Below are positions 52,787 through 62,364 of a stretch of 64,000 bases of DNA, in pieces; within the stretch, counting starts at the first letter, position 1, and each line of letters starts with the position of its first letter. Made by a program: the position numbers and the translations under genes. Where the stretch lies: NCBI GenBank assembly GCA_051532035.1, contig JAOPTW010000036.1, positions 1 to 64,000 of the forward strand. Direction: 5' to 3'. Origin of the DNA: Fibrobacterales bacterium (GTDB lineage: Bacteria > Fibrobacterota > Fibrobacteria > Fibrobacterales > JAOPTW01). Under the pieces are notes generated by a model. That model searched no databases and was not told the DNA's origin. It saw only the letters and a list, made by a program, of their open reading frames with translations.

Positions 52787-54721
52787 CTATGTATCATTCT
52801 CTTCAACCTCTTCAAAATCTTTATCAGCTCCATGCTCATGTTCATACTGTTTTTTAAGCATATTCCCCGTAAGCCATGAGGGATTCATCGGGTATACATG
52901 AGGATTAAATACAGTCCCATACATATGCCAAATAAGTATGGCCAGTGCCGCCAACCATGCTTCGTAATAGTGTATAATTCTCATAACGTTGATCGCTTCT
53001 TTGGGGATATATTGTACCAATACATTATCAAACCAAAGAGCAAACCCCGTCACGGTCATAACAATCATCCCCCAGACAAGCGCCCAGTATTCAAACTTTT
53101 CTGCAAAAGTAAATCGATCAAATTCGGGCTTTCTTTTGGAGAGACCTAAATTGTAAAAAATCATTTGAGATGCATCTTTCGCATCTTTAATACGAGGAAA
53201 AATACTCATGATAAAAGCAGTACCCCGTTTTGTCTTAAGGTACGCAAGGTGCCAAAAACAGGTTACAACAATTATTACGGCAGATACAATATGAATTTGG
53301 TGACGAATCCAAAACCCACCACTTCGTCCAAAAAGGATATCTGCCCACCATGAATCAGAAAAGCGCAGAGCAAATCCAGTAAAAACGAGCACGGTGAAAG
53401 AAATTGCGAGGAACATATGCTGCAGTCGTTCAACACCATTCATCCGTTTGACCTGTTTTTCTCTTTTCGATTTTCTTACCGCATGTACGAGATCAAGTAC
53501 AATATAAAAGATCATACCGCCAATAGTAGCCACGATAATAACAATATACAGTATGGTAAAAAGATGTTCCCAAAACGAAATTCGATCCACTCTATTCAGA
53601 GTATGAATCTGAGTTGTTTCAGCAATTTCTTGAGTTATATCTTCGTGACATTGAATACAGGTTTTAAGTATATTTGCTTTGTTCGTATTGGAAAGCGAGT
53701 CTTTTTGAGTACGAATATCATGAGCGTTATGACATGATGCGCAGTTAGCCGCAGTGGTATCCCCAAGGCTTGATTTACTACCATGATAATCATCGATATA
53801 TGAAACGTCTCCATCAGTATCAACCCCATATTTTGCTGAGAGTGCCGCCGAGTTATGACACGGAGTACAAGTTGCTACAGCAAGATTTTCGTGACTGACA
53901 AACGATTTGCCATTTGATGTCGAAAGGATTGAGTGTTCACCATGACAACTGGTACACACTGGTGCACCGGTTTCACCCCGAGCAGTAAGTTTACCGTGAA
54001 TACCACTCCAATATTTCTTCTCTTCCGCTTCATGACATTGACCGCACGTTTGTGGAATTATAAAATGATTAATTTTTGAGTCATGGTTACCTGGTGAATA
54101 AATTTTGTGGGCTGATCCATCAGTAAAGTGACAATCTTTACACCGGGCAGGATTAATCGAATCATTAGTAGGAGTCATACCATGGATACTATTTTGATAT
54201 TTACTCACGACGGTATTGTTTAAAATCCCATATTTTTCCATCGCATCAAAATTCTCATGGCACAGGCCACACGTCTTTGCAAGATTCTTTTCATGTACTG
54301 AAGAGTTTGTATCAGCCACTTCCAGTATAGAATGTTTTCCATGACAACTTACACAACTAGGCACCAAGGAATCGGTTCCCGGTGTTGCAATACCATGCTT
54401 AGTGTACATTTCAGCAGCGTCTTCATGACAGGTCGCGCACTGTACTGGCTTCACTTTATTAAGGTGTACTGTCATTGCTGTGGTATCATAGATTTCATTT
54501 TTCAGATCTTCATGACACTCAAGGCAATAGGTTCCCTCATGTACCGTTGTATCAATGATATCCTGAGTTGCCACATGTGCCTTGCTATTCTGGCCCTCGT
54601 GACACTGCGCGCACACAGCTGACTGTTCTTCTACATCAAATTCTTCGCCAACGACAACACTCCCTAATCCGGTAATAACCAAAATGAGCATCAGCTTATG
54701 TAATAGTTTTTTAATCTGCAC
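52787..54721 (-). CDS. cbcL: CbcL-like inner-membrane protein: 11-heme c domain fused to a di-heme cytochrome b domain
   Basis: Eleven CxxCH motifs, then TM helices with His ligands (RLQHMFL, HQIH...FWHLAY, EKFEYWALVWG, IIHYYEAWLA...IWHMY). Confidence 0.78.
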   Translation of the reverse strand: MQIKKLLHKLMLILVITGLGSVVVGEEFDVEEQSAVCAQCHEGQNSKAHVATQDIIDTTVHEGTYCLECHEDLKNEIYDTTAMTVHLNKVKPVQCATCHEDAAEMYTKHGIATPGTDSLVPSCVSCHGKHSILEVADTNSSVHEKNLAKTCGLCHENFDAMEKYGILNNTVVSKYQNSIHGMTPTNDSINPARCKDCHFTDGSAHKIYSPGNHDSKINHFIIPQTCGQCHEAEEKKYWSGIHGKLTARGETGAPVCTSCHGEHSILSTSNGKSFVSHENLAVATCTPCHNSAALSAKYGVDTDGDVSYIDDYHGSKSSLGDTTAANCASCHNAHDIRTQKDSLSNTNKANILKTCIQCHEDITQEIAETTQIHTLNRVDRISFWEHLFTILYIVIIVATIGGMIFYIVLDLVHAVRKSKREKQVKRMNGVERLQHMFLAISFTVLVFTGFALRFSDSWWADILFGRSGGFWIRHQIHIVSAVIIVVTCFWHLAYLKTKRGTAFIMSIFPRIKDAKDASQMIFYNLGLSKRKPEFDRFTFAEKFEYWALVWGMIVMTVTGFALWFDNVLVQYIPKEAINVMRIIHYYEAWLAALAILIWHMYGTVFNPHVYPMNPSWLTGNMLKKQYEHEHGADKDFEEVEENDT

Positions 54722-54770
54722 GTTATCGCACCCGCCTTTTTACAACTTTGTTGTGTATATGAAATATATT

Positions 54771-56240
54771 CTAAATTGTTCCACCTGTGTGACATTCTGA
54801 ACAGCTCTCACTTTTCCATTCCTCATCGATATCAACGGGATGTCGAAAAGGAAGGCCCTTTGTGTTTGTCTCCAACTCACCACTGAGGCCCTGTTCTATA
54901 ATTAAATGACACATATTACAGTCCCTTGTTATCACCTCACCTTTGGCAGCGACATGCTTATTATCGTGGCAGCGGAAGCAGCCATCAGAGATCAAATGTC
55001 CAATATTATCAGGGTAGGCATCCCAACGAGCTTTCATTTCTGGGAATATTGAACCTCTGTACATCTTTTCAATAGCAACGAGTGCACTATCAAATTGTTG
55101 TCTATTCTTCTCAAGTATATCACTATGATTTTCTGTGTAATACTCGACCAATGACTTCTTAATACTTGCCACAGCGTTATCCTGTGTTTCATACTCTTTT
55201 TCGAACAATTCGATTGTTTTCTGCTTAATTTCAGGAATTTCCCGTGAAATTGAGCCAAAATTGAGTCCCTCATTAAGTGAACGATAGGGAGCCTTATATC
55301 TATGGGATGGTCGATTATGACAATCAATACAATCCATTTTTCTGACTTTTTCTGAAGGTGGCGCTGTCTCCTTATAGGGGGAGTCTTCGCTATTATAAAT
55401 TTTTTCTTTTCCTGCCGAAGAGACTACTTTGACCCATGGAATGTTCTGCCTGCGTTTATCTTCAGCCACATAGTAGATATCATTATCCTCAAACATATGA
55501 GCATGAATGCCCTCTTTGCCAACACCGCCCCCTCCAACTTTTATAAGAAGCTTAAGCCTCCACGCTTCATTTTCTAACTCCTCAGGGAAATAGCTATGTT
55601 TTTGCTCAATAGCCCCAAAAAACTTTTTAGGCCAGTGACACTGCCCACAGGTCTCATTTGCAGGACGTAGATTTTCAATCGGTGTTGCAATAGGCTTTGG
55701 GTAATCCCCTACAATTGCATGATATATTTGTCGCGCTCCAGATAATTTAGATTGTACATACCACCCCGCTCCTTCACCAATATGACATTCTGCACATTTT
55801 ACCCGAGCGTGAGGCGATTCCTGAAAAGTGGTATACTCTGGATGCATAATATCATGACACACCGTTCCACAAAACTCATTACTCTCAGTATAGTGATACA
55901 CCTTATATGAGCCCACGAAGGAGGCAAGAAAAAAGCATACAACTGCAATTATTACGATAAATAGACTTCTTAGATGTTTCGGATTAGAAAGGTCTAATAT
56001 AACATGAGCACTGGTAGGCTCATGTTTTTTTTCTGAAACCTTATTCAACCACATACCATACGCGTAAAGCCCCGCCCCTAAAAAGAGTACTACCGGCATG
56101 ACCGTATACGTGATAAGACCAATAAACACATCTGTTGTCCCAAATGACTCCCATAACACAAGGGGGACTTCGATAACAACAAAAATCAGGAGAAAAATCA
56201 TTCCCATAAACGAAAAATAGTTATCTGTATATTTTTTCAT
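54771..56240 (-). CDS. imcH: ImcH-like NapC/NirT-family heptaheme quinol dehydrogenase
   Basis: Three N-terminal TM segments, YTESNEFCGTVCH (CxxxCH), SPHARVKCAECHIG, LRPANETCGQCHWP, MDCIDCHNRPSH, GCFRCH, CNMCH and CSECH. Confidence 0.82.
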   Translation of the reverse strand: MKKYTDNYFSFMGMIFLLIFVVIEVPLVLWESFGTTDVFIGLITYTVMPVVLFLGAGLYAYGMWLNKVSEKKHEPTSAHVILDLSNPKHLRSLFIVIIAVVCFFLASFVGSYKVYHYTESNEFCGTVCHDIMHPEYTTFQESPHARVKCAECHIGEGAGWYVQSKLSGARQIYHAIVGDYPKPIATPIENLRPANETCGQCHWPKKFFGAIEQKHSYFPEELENEAWRLKLLIKVGGGGVGKEGIHAHMFEDNDIYYVAEDKRRQNIPWVKVVSSAGKEKIYNSEDSPYKETAPPSEKVRKMDCIDCHNRPSHRYKAPYRSLNEGLNFGSISREIPEIKQKTIELFEKEYETQDNAVASIKKSLVEYYTENHSDILEKNRQQFDSALVAIEKMYRGSIFPEMKARWDAYPDNIGHLISDGCFRCHDNKHVAAKGEVITRDCNMCHLIIEQGLSGELETNTKGLPFRHPVDIDEEWKSESCSECHTGGTI

Positions 56241-56311
56241 GTGTAACCCACAAAGTTATAATTAGAATGAGTATATCACAACTCTCTCACTAATTGCCAA
56301 TGTTATATGTA

Positions 56312-56326
56312 TGTGAATATTTCACA
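56312..56326. promoter_or_regulatory. Palindromic candidate operator in the imcH/hemA divergent region
   Basis: TGTGAA-TAT-TTCACA. Confidence 0.45.
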
Positions 56327-56441
56327 AAGGAAGCAAGAATAAATGCAACAACTTAAAAACTAGACCAATTGTAAATAAATAATTTATATAATGTTTACAG
56401 AGTTATTCACCGTGTCGCACATAAGGGTTTTTTAAAAATTT

Positions 56442-57713
56442 ATGGTACATTCCCAAACTAGACAGCATACTTGTATTCTCGGTGTAAATCACAAATCTGC
56501 GGCAATCAACGAACGTGACCAATTGGTATTCACCCAAGGTGAACAATCGAAGGCGCTCGAAACATTCTCAGCTATCCCCGGTATCGAAGAAGTTATTCTC
56601 ATTGCTACCTGTAATAGAACTGAACTCTATATGGTCGTAAATGACGAACCCCATAAGTTTTTACCCCAACTTCGTGCAACGTGGTATCGCTTAAAAGGAA
56701 TTGAAAATAGTGACCTTGATACTGCGCTCTTTTTCCTTGCTCATGAATATGCCATACAACATCTTTTTCGTGTTACCTGCTCACTCGACAGTCTCATTGT
56801 GGGAGAAGTACAAATTCTAGGGCAAATTAAAAATGCCTACCACTTTGCTAAAGAGCAAGGAACTACAGGGTCCTATCTTAATCGCCTTTTTCAAGAATCC
56901 ATTAAATTGGGCAAGCGGGTACGCCATGAAACCGAGATTGGTAAGGGGGCCGTATCTATTAGTTTTGCAGCTGTAGAGCTCCTTCGTAAACACTGCCCCA
57001 CATTAAAGAAAGCACGTATTGGTATTTTAGGTACGGGTAAAATGGGCGAACTTGCTGTCAAAAACTTATTAGACTCAGGTGTTGACTCTATTCACTTTAT
57101 CAATCGAACGTTTGCAAAAGCTGAGGAGATGGCTGCGCAATATAATGGAACCGCTTGGCCATTAGAATTACTCCCAGAAGCTCTCGATTCTCTCGATATT
57201 ATAATAACATGTGCCTCTTCGTGCGAACCATTAATAACAAAAAAAATTATTGAAAAACGGAATATCAAAACGCCACTCATTTGTGTTGATATTGCTGCAC
57301 CACGTAATATTGCTGCTGATGTTATCCTTTTTGATGAAATAACTCTCTTTGATATCGATACACTTAACTCAATTGTCGATTCAAATATTGACAAGCGCTC
57401 CAGTGCTATCTCTGAAGTAGAAGAAATCATTGCTACAGAATTAACCGAATTTTACGCATGGTATAATGCCCAAGAAATTGTTCCGGTACTGAAAGCCATG
57501 CGCTCTCACATTCAAGCAATTGCCCAAAATGAGCTCAAGCCACTCGAGTCCCACTTGTGCGATAAAGAGTATGACTTAGTTAAAAAAACAATTAACTCAT
57601 TAACCAACAAAATACTACACACCCCCTCCAGTGCTTTGAAAGAGATGTGTAGTGACGGTCGTGCGAAATCAGCCTCACTCTGGGCCAAAGAGCTTTTTGG
57701 ACTCGAAATATAA
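56442..57713 (+). CDS. hemA: Glutamyl-tRNA reductase
   Basis: GVNHKSA, catalytic TCNRTE, HLFRV..SLDS..VGEVQILGQ, GAVSISFAAV and DIAAPRN. Confidence 0.96.
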   Translation: MVHSQTRQHTCILGVNHKSAAINERDQLVFTQGEQSKALETFSAIPGIEEVILIATCNRTELYMVVNDEPHKFLPQLRATWYRLKGIENSDLDTALFFLAHEYAIQHLFRVTCSLDSLIVGEVQILGQIKNAYHFAKEQGTTGSYLNRLFQESIKLGKRVRHETEIGKGAVSISFAAVELLRKHCPTLKKARIGILGTGKMGELAVKNLLDSGVDSIHFINRTFAKAEEMAAQYNGTAWPLELLPEALDSLDIIITCASSCEPLITKKIIEKRNIKTPLICVDIAAPRNIAADVILFDEITLFDIDTLNSIVDSNIDKRSSAISEVEEIIATELTEFYAWYNAQEIVPVLKAMRSHIQAIAQNELKPLESHLCDKEYDLVKKTINSLTNKILHTPSSALKEMCSDGRAKSASLWAKELFGLEI

Positions 57714-57724
57714 TTCAGGAATGT

Positions 57725-59206
57725 ATGGCTAAACGCTCTTCAAATCCCCCACCCTCAAAACATTCAAAATCGATCAATCTGGAACTTCGGTTTGTATTTG
57801 TCGTCTTTCTTATTACCACAATAATCGTCACCCTTAGCTGTTTCGGTATATACTTTCTACACAAAAAAGGAGTTCTGAGAGTTGCGGAAAAAGAGTTCTT
57901 TGCGAAAACTGTTTCTATTAATATTCCTCTTCAACACCTTTTTCGTCATAGTACTGAGCATAATGAAAAATTTCAACCCATCATTCAACCATTTCTGAAT
58001 GAGATTCAAACGGCAAACTTTGATCAGTTGAAAGCAATTTTTATTCACGACCAGCATCAACAAGTACTCCTTGCTACATCCCAGCAATTACCGACAGCCC
58101 TCAATCATATTAATTTTAATACTTTTCAAAAGAGTCCAGTCTTTGTTATAGATACATCACTTATGGTCATTACCATGCCCATGAATATTAAAGGTAGAAG
58201 CTATTTTCTTACAGCAATGTTCACCTTGAAACGGCATTTTGATGCGGTGCAGACTAATCTTATCCAGCCACTTATCTATATTGCCATCACGTATATTTTT
58301 ATCATTGTATTTCTCGCATTTGTCGTCGCCAAAAAGATGATTCAACCCCTTAAAAAAATGACTCGAGCAATAAAACGCTCTTTTCCCGGTCAGGATAACA
58401 CCGTCCGTAGCTCAACTAAGCTGAATGAATTCGGACAACTTGAACTACTCTTTCAAGAACTTCTTGAGCATTTAGAGAGTCATCACCACGAAGAAAAACG
58501 CATTCAATTGAGCCTCATGCAAACCGACAAACTTGTCACTATCGGAACACTTGCCGCTGGAGTCGCACACGAGATAAATAACCCCATTACTGGTATGCAA
58601 TCGTGTATGGCTCATTTAAAAAAGTTGTGTGAAAACCAAGAAAAAGCACTCCGTTATATTGAGCCTGTTGACCAATCGATAGTCCATATAAAAAAAGCTG
58701 TAGCGGGATTGTTAGATTATTCAAAAGTACGAAATTACCTATTCGAACCAGTAAATATTTTCGATGTAATAACTCAAGTAGAACAGGTAGTTTCTTCGCA
58801 ATTAGAACAGAAAAAAATATCACTTCTCATTGACCTTCCCGAAAACCAATATTGCGGAACCTGGGATCTCAATGCACTCAAACAAGTCATTATGAATCTT
58901 GTTTTGAATGCAATTTATGCAATCAACTCGAATAATGGATCTATTATAATTTCTGGTTTTAGAAAAAAAACTGTTCTTTTACTTCATATACATGACAACG
59001 GTCCAGGTATTCCGACTGATATTATTCATAAAATATTTAACCCTTTTTTTACTACAAAAGCACAAGGTAAAGGTACTGGACTCGGACTCGCGGTATGTAG
59101 GAACATTATAGATGCTCACCAAGGGAGCTTATCTGTAATTTCCGAACCACCGCAAGGCACGACTTTTACTATAACTCTCCCCCTTTTGTCAGAGGATCTA
59201 ACATGA
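57725..59206 (+). CDS. Membrane sensor histidine kinase
   Basis: Two TM segments with a periplasmic domain, HAMP-like linker, AGVAHEINNP, QVIMNLVLNA, DNGPG, PFFTTK and GTGLGL. Confidence 0.93.
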   Translation: MAKRSSNPPPSKHSKSINLELRFVFVVFLITTIIVTLSCFGIYFLHKKGVLRVAEKEFFAKTVSINIPLQHLFRHSTEHNEKFQPIIQPFLNEIQTANFDQLKAIFIHDQHQQVLLATSQQLPTALNHINFNTFQKSPVFVIDTSLMVITMPMNIKGRSYFLTAMFTLKRHFDAVQTNLIQPLIYIAITYIFIIVFLAFVVAKKMIQPLKKMTRAIKRSFPGQDNTVRSSTKLNEFGQLELLFQELLEHLESHHHEEKRIQLSLMQTDKLVTIGTLAAGVAHEINNPITGMQSCMAHLKKLCENQEKALRYIEPVDQSIVHIKKAVAGLLDYSKVRNYLFEPVNIFDVITQVEQVVSSQLEQKKISLLIDLPENQYCGTWDLNALKQVIMNLVLNAIYAINSNNGSIIISGFRKKTVLLLHIHDNGPGIPTDIIHKIFNPFFTTKAQGKGTGLGLAVCRNIIDAHQGSLSVISEPPQGTTFTITLPLLSEDLT

Positions 59207-60567
59207 AAATATTTCTCATAGATGATGATGCGAGTATTCGTATCGGTATTGGCGATGACCTCCGTGAAGCTGGTCATACTATTTATGACTTTGAAAATCC
59301 TCTCACTGCCCTCCACTCGTTTACCGAGCTTGAGCCTGATTGCGTGCTCTGCGATTACAATATGCCCCAATTAAACGGACTGGATACATTAAAAAAAATC
59401 AAGGAACTCGAATCTTCTGCAATAGTTATCATGATTACCGCATTTGGGAATATAGAATTAGCCGTTGAGTGCCTCAAAGCAGGGGCTTTTGATTTTATCA
59501 CCAAGCCATTTGAAATTGGGGATATTAACCATACTTTAAACAAAATTAAAGATTTTGTTGATTTAAAAATTGCCAACCGCCAAATGAAGCAGACCCTACA
59601 ATCTCATTCTCAATTCCAAAACCTTATTGGAAGTCATGAACTCATGTATTCTCTATTCAAAAATATTGAAACTATTGCTCCATCAGATGCTACCGTACTC
59701 ATAGAAGGTGAAACCGGTACTGGAAAAGAGCTGGTAGCCGAGGCTATCCACTTTCACAGTGAGCGAAAAGATAAACCTATAATCAAAGTAACCTGTGCTG
59801 TATTTACTAAAACACTACTGGAAAGCGAACTATTCGGACACGAAAAAGGTGCCTTTACCGGAGCGCATAAACAAAAAATTGGCAGAATTGAACAAGCTCA
59901 GGGAGGAACACTCTTTTTGGACGAAATTGATGACCTTGATTTTGATGTCCAGGTTAAGCTCCTCAGGTTTTTACAAGAAAGGACCTTTGAACGAGTTGGT
60001 GGTGAAAAATTACTTTCATCCGACGTCCGAATTATCGTTGCAACAAAAGCAAACCTAGCGGATTTGGTTAAGGCTGGTTCATTTAGGGAAGACCTCTATT
60101 ATCGTTTAAATGTACTCCCCATCCATATACCATCATTAAAGGACCGAATAACGGACTTACCCTTACTTATTAAACATTTTGCTGATAAATTTTCATTGGG
60201 TACAGAGATAACCTTAGAAGACGCTGCACTGCAGAAGCTCATGCATTATACATGGCCCGGAAATGTAAGACAACTTGAACACCTCGTTCAAAGACTCTGC
60301 CTTACTAGCGCCAATGCTTGTATTACTCCTGAAGATCTTCCAAAGGAATACTTTGAATTTGATACAGACAAAACATCAGAAGAACAGCCTTCCCTATTCA
60401 ATCTTAACGAACATTCAAGTTTTGAATCAATAATTAAAGATGTTGAGAAGAACATTTTGACCCACGCACTCGATAAAAGTGGGGGCAATCAAAAAACAGC
60501 TTCCAAACTGTTAAAATTGCCTTACTCAACCTTTCGGAACAAACTAGACAAACATTCAATCAGTTGA
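59203..60567 (+). CDS. NtrC-family sigma-54-dependent response regulator
   Basis: Receiver (IDDD, CDYNMP), GETGTGKE, intact ESELFGHEKGAFTGA, WPGNVRQL and Fis-type HTH; ATGA overlap with the kinase. Confidence 0.95.
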   Translation: MKIFLIDDDASIRIGIGDDLREAGHTIYDFENPLTALHSFTELEPDCVLCDYNMPQLNGLDTLKKIKELESSAIVIMITAFGNIELAVECLKAGAFDFITKPFEIGDINHTLNKIKDFVDLKIANRQMKQTLQSHSQFQNLIGSHELMYSLFKNIETIAPSDATVLIEGETGTGKELVAEAIHFHSERKDKPIIKVTCAVFTKTLLESELFGHEKGAFTGAHKQKIGRIEQAQGGTLFLDEIDDLDFDVQVKLLRFLQERTFERVGGEKLLSSDVRIIVATKANLADLVKAGSFREDLYYRLNVLPIHIPSLKDRITDLPLLIKHFADKFSLGTEITLEDAALQKLMHYTWPGNVRQLEHLVQRLCLTSANACITPEDLPKEYFEFDTDKTSEEQPSLFNLNEHSSFESIIKDVEKNILTHALDKSGGNQKTASKLLKLPYSTFRNKLDKHSIS

Positions 60568-60609
60568 ATTCCCGCTACTCTTTTGAATTAAAAACAAAAG
60601 TGTCACCAA

Positions 60610-60649
60610 TATTAAGTAACAACACCAAATCTGGTGTCGTTACTTAATA
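60610..60649. promoter_or_regulatory. 40-bp near-perfect palindrome, candidate enhancer of the octaheme gene
   Basis: TATTAAGTAACAACACCAAA|TCTGGTGTCGTTACTTAATA (2 mismatches); the core recurs at 62899-62920. Confidence 0.65.
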
Positions 60650-60696
60650 GCCCCTGCCTACATTCCTCCTATTTCGAGCGATAATTACAATTTCAT

Positions 60697-60713
60697 TAGG
60701 CATGATCCTTGCT
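60697..60713 (+). promoter_or_regulatory. Sigma-54 promoter of the octaheme cytochrome gene
   Basis: TAGGCATGATCCTTGCT (GG-N10-GC), about 50 bp upstream of the ATG. Confidence 0.8.
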
Positions 60714-60763
60714 GTAACATAATACAAAATACCCGTATACTTATTTCAAACAAAGGAACCACA

Positions 60764-62044
60764 ATGAAAAAGTTACTCATCATAACTGCGATTATATCCT
60801 CAGCTTTTATTGGCTGTACAGAGGATTCTGCGACTGCTCCGGTAGTTGTTGATCCAGATGCGTCTTATGACAGACATGCTGGTGCAAGTGATTGTGCTGC
60901 ATGTCATGCAACTCAATACACAAACTGGAAAGAATCTGGCCATGCATTCAAACTGAATAAAGTTGTTGGTGATTCAATACCAGCATTCCCCTTTACTAAT
61001 ATTGCAGCAATGTTCCCCAATACCGTAACCAATTCTCTTGCTGAAGTTCCCGACGCCCCAATGTCGATCGCAACAACTGGATATATTGTTGGTGGGTATG
61101 GCTGGAAGGCCCGATATATTGATACGAGTGGCTTAATAATACACGGCGCGAATGCACAATACAATTTTGCTTCAGGTACTGTACCAGCTTCATTCTCAGC
61201 ATATCATGACGGAGAAGCTCACTCAGCCTATGCTTGTGGCTCTTGTCATGCTACCGGCTGGGACCCAACCGCAACAAACCCTGATGCACCACTTATGGCA
61301 GGAAACATGCAATATGACGCCATAACCTGTCAACGATGTCACGGTGATAATGTGACCGCAGGTCCTGGGCACAACACAAAAACATTTACAGCGATTAATG
61401 CCCAAAACTCAAGTGATGTTCAAGGTGCAGTAGCTGAATTTGGAGCTCTGGGTGCAACACACAAAGCAAATACCGTTTGTGCAGTATGTCACGTCCGTGG
61501 TGGTAGTGCTAAAGTAGTTCAAGTAAGTAAGGGTCTAATCAAACACCACGAACAATCACACGAACTTCTCGTTGGAAAAGGCGGAGCTGCTCACGGGTGT
61601 GTAACCTGTCACGATCCACATTCATCAGTTAAATATGACGCTCAGGCTGCTGGTCAAGGAGTCACAAAAGACTGTTCAGTATGTCACAATGCAACATCAA
61701 CAAAGCCTATTACTGTTAATGCTGCATACGCCGGCCACAGTTGTACCGGTTGTCACATGCCAAAAATTGTAAAATCAGCCGTTACTTCTACTGATACCTA
61801 TGTAACAGGAGTTACAACTCTTGGTATTCCAGGTGGTGTTACTGGTGATATGAGATCTCATATCCTCTCCTTAACCTCTACATCAGATACTGCATTTACT
61901 GCGGCGAATCTAGATGGAACAGCTGCGGCAATATCAATACCAGTCGATTACAGTTGTATGACCTGTCACGGAGCTGGCGGTGCTGGCCCAACAACGGGAG
62001 CTGAAGCAGCGGCGTCATTGATTATAACACCAGTTCACCCTTAA
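60764..62044 (+). CDS. Octaheme c-type cytochrome lipoprotein
   Basis: Lipobox FIGC; CAACH, CGSCH, CQRCH, CAVCH, CVTCH, CSVCH, CTGCH and CMTCH. Confidence 0.92.
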   Translation: MKKLLIITAIISSAFIGCTEDSATAPVVVDPDASYDRHAGASDCAACHATQYTNWKESGHAFKLNKVVGDSIPAFPFTNIAAMFPNTVTNSLAEVPDAPMSIATTGYIVGGYGWKARYIDTSGLIIHGANAQYNFASGTVPASFSAYHDGEAHSAYACGSCHATGWDPTATNPDAPLMAGNMQYDAITCQRCHGDNVTAGPGHNTKTFTAINAQNSSDVQGAVAEFGALGATHKANTVCAVCHVRGGSAKVVQVSKGLIKHHEQSHELLVGKGGAAHGCVTCHDPHSSVKYDAQAAGQGVTKDCSVCHNATSTKPITVNAAYAGHSCTGCHMPKIVKSAVTSTDTYVTGVTTLGIPGGVTGDMRSHILSLTSTSDTAFTAANLDGTAAAISIPVDYSCMTCHGAGGAGPTTGAEAAASLIITPVHP

Positions 62045-62073
62045 TTCTTCGAGTTATTACACTCACAACATAC

Positions 62074-62103
62074 AGGCTGCCTCAATAGAGGCAGCCTTTT
62101 TTT
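62074..62103 (+). terminator. Intrinsic terminator after the octaheme gene
   Basis: AGGCTGCCTC-aata-GAGGCAGCCT followed by a T-tract. Confidence 0.9.
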
Positions 62104-62364
62104 ATTACATAAACGGTATAAGGTAATTTGTATTGCCCCCTCCCCCTCTTCTACAGACGCGTGACTCACCTCCATAGTACGAGTACTACGAAGTGAATCT
62201 AAAGGACTCAGCTATACGTATAAAAGTATATTTGAAGGTTTACTATTATGTGAATGATGTATATAGATTGAAGACTATAAGTCGCTCTTAAGTGTAAGAA
62301 CACTCCATTGAGAAGTCTTCTCAAAGGATACCGAGACAGGCTTAAGGAATAGTATTAAAAATTT

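Noticed and set aside
56331..56348. Sigma-54 promoter for the imcH-like operon (minus strand TTGCATTTATTCTTGCT)
   Set aside because: It lacks the invariant GG at -24.
62161..62200. Imperfect hairpin as a REP or MITE element
   Set aside because: Single copy in the window, with several mismatches and no target-site duplication.
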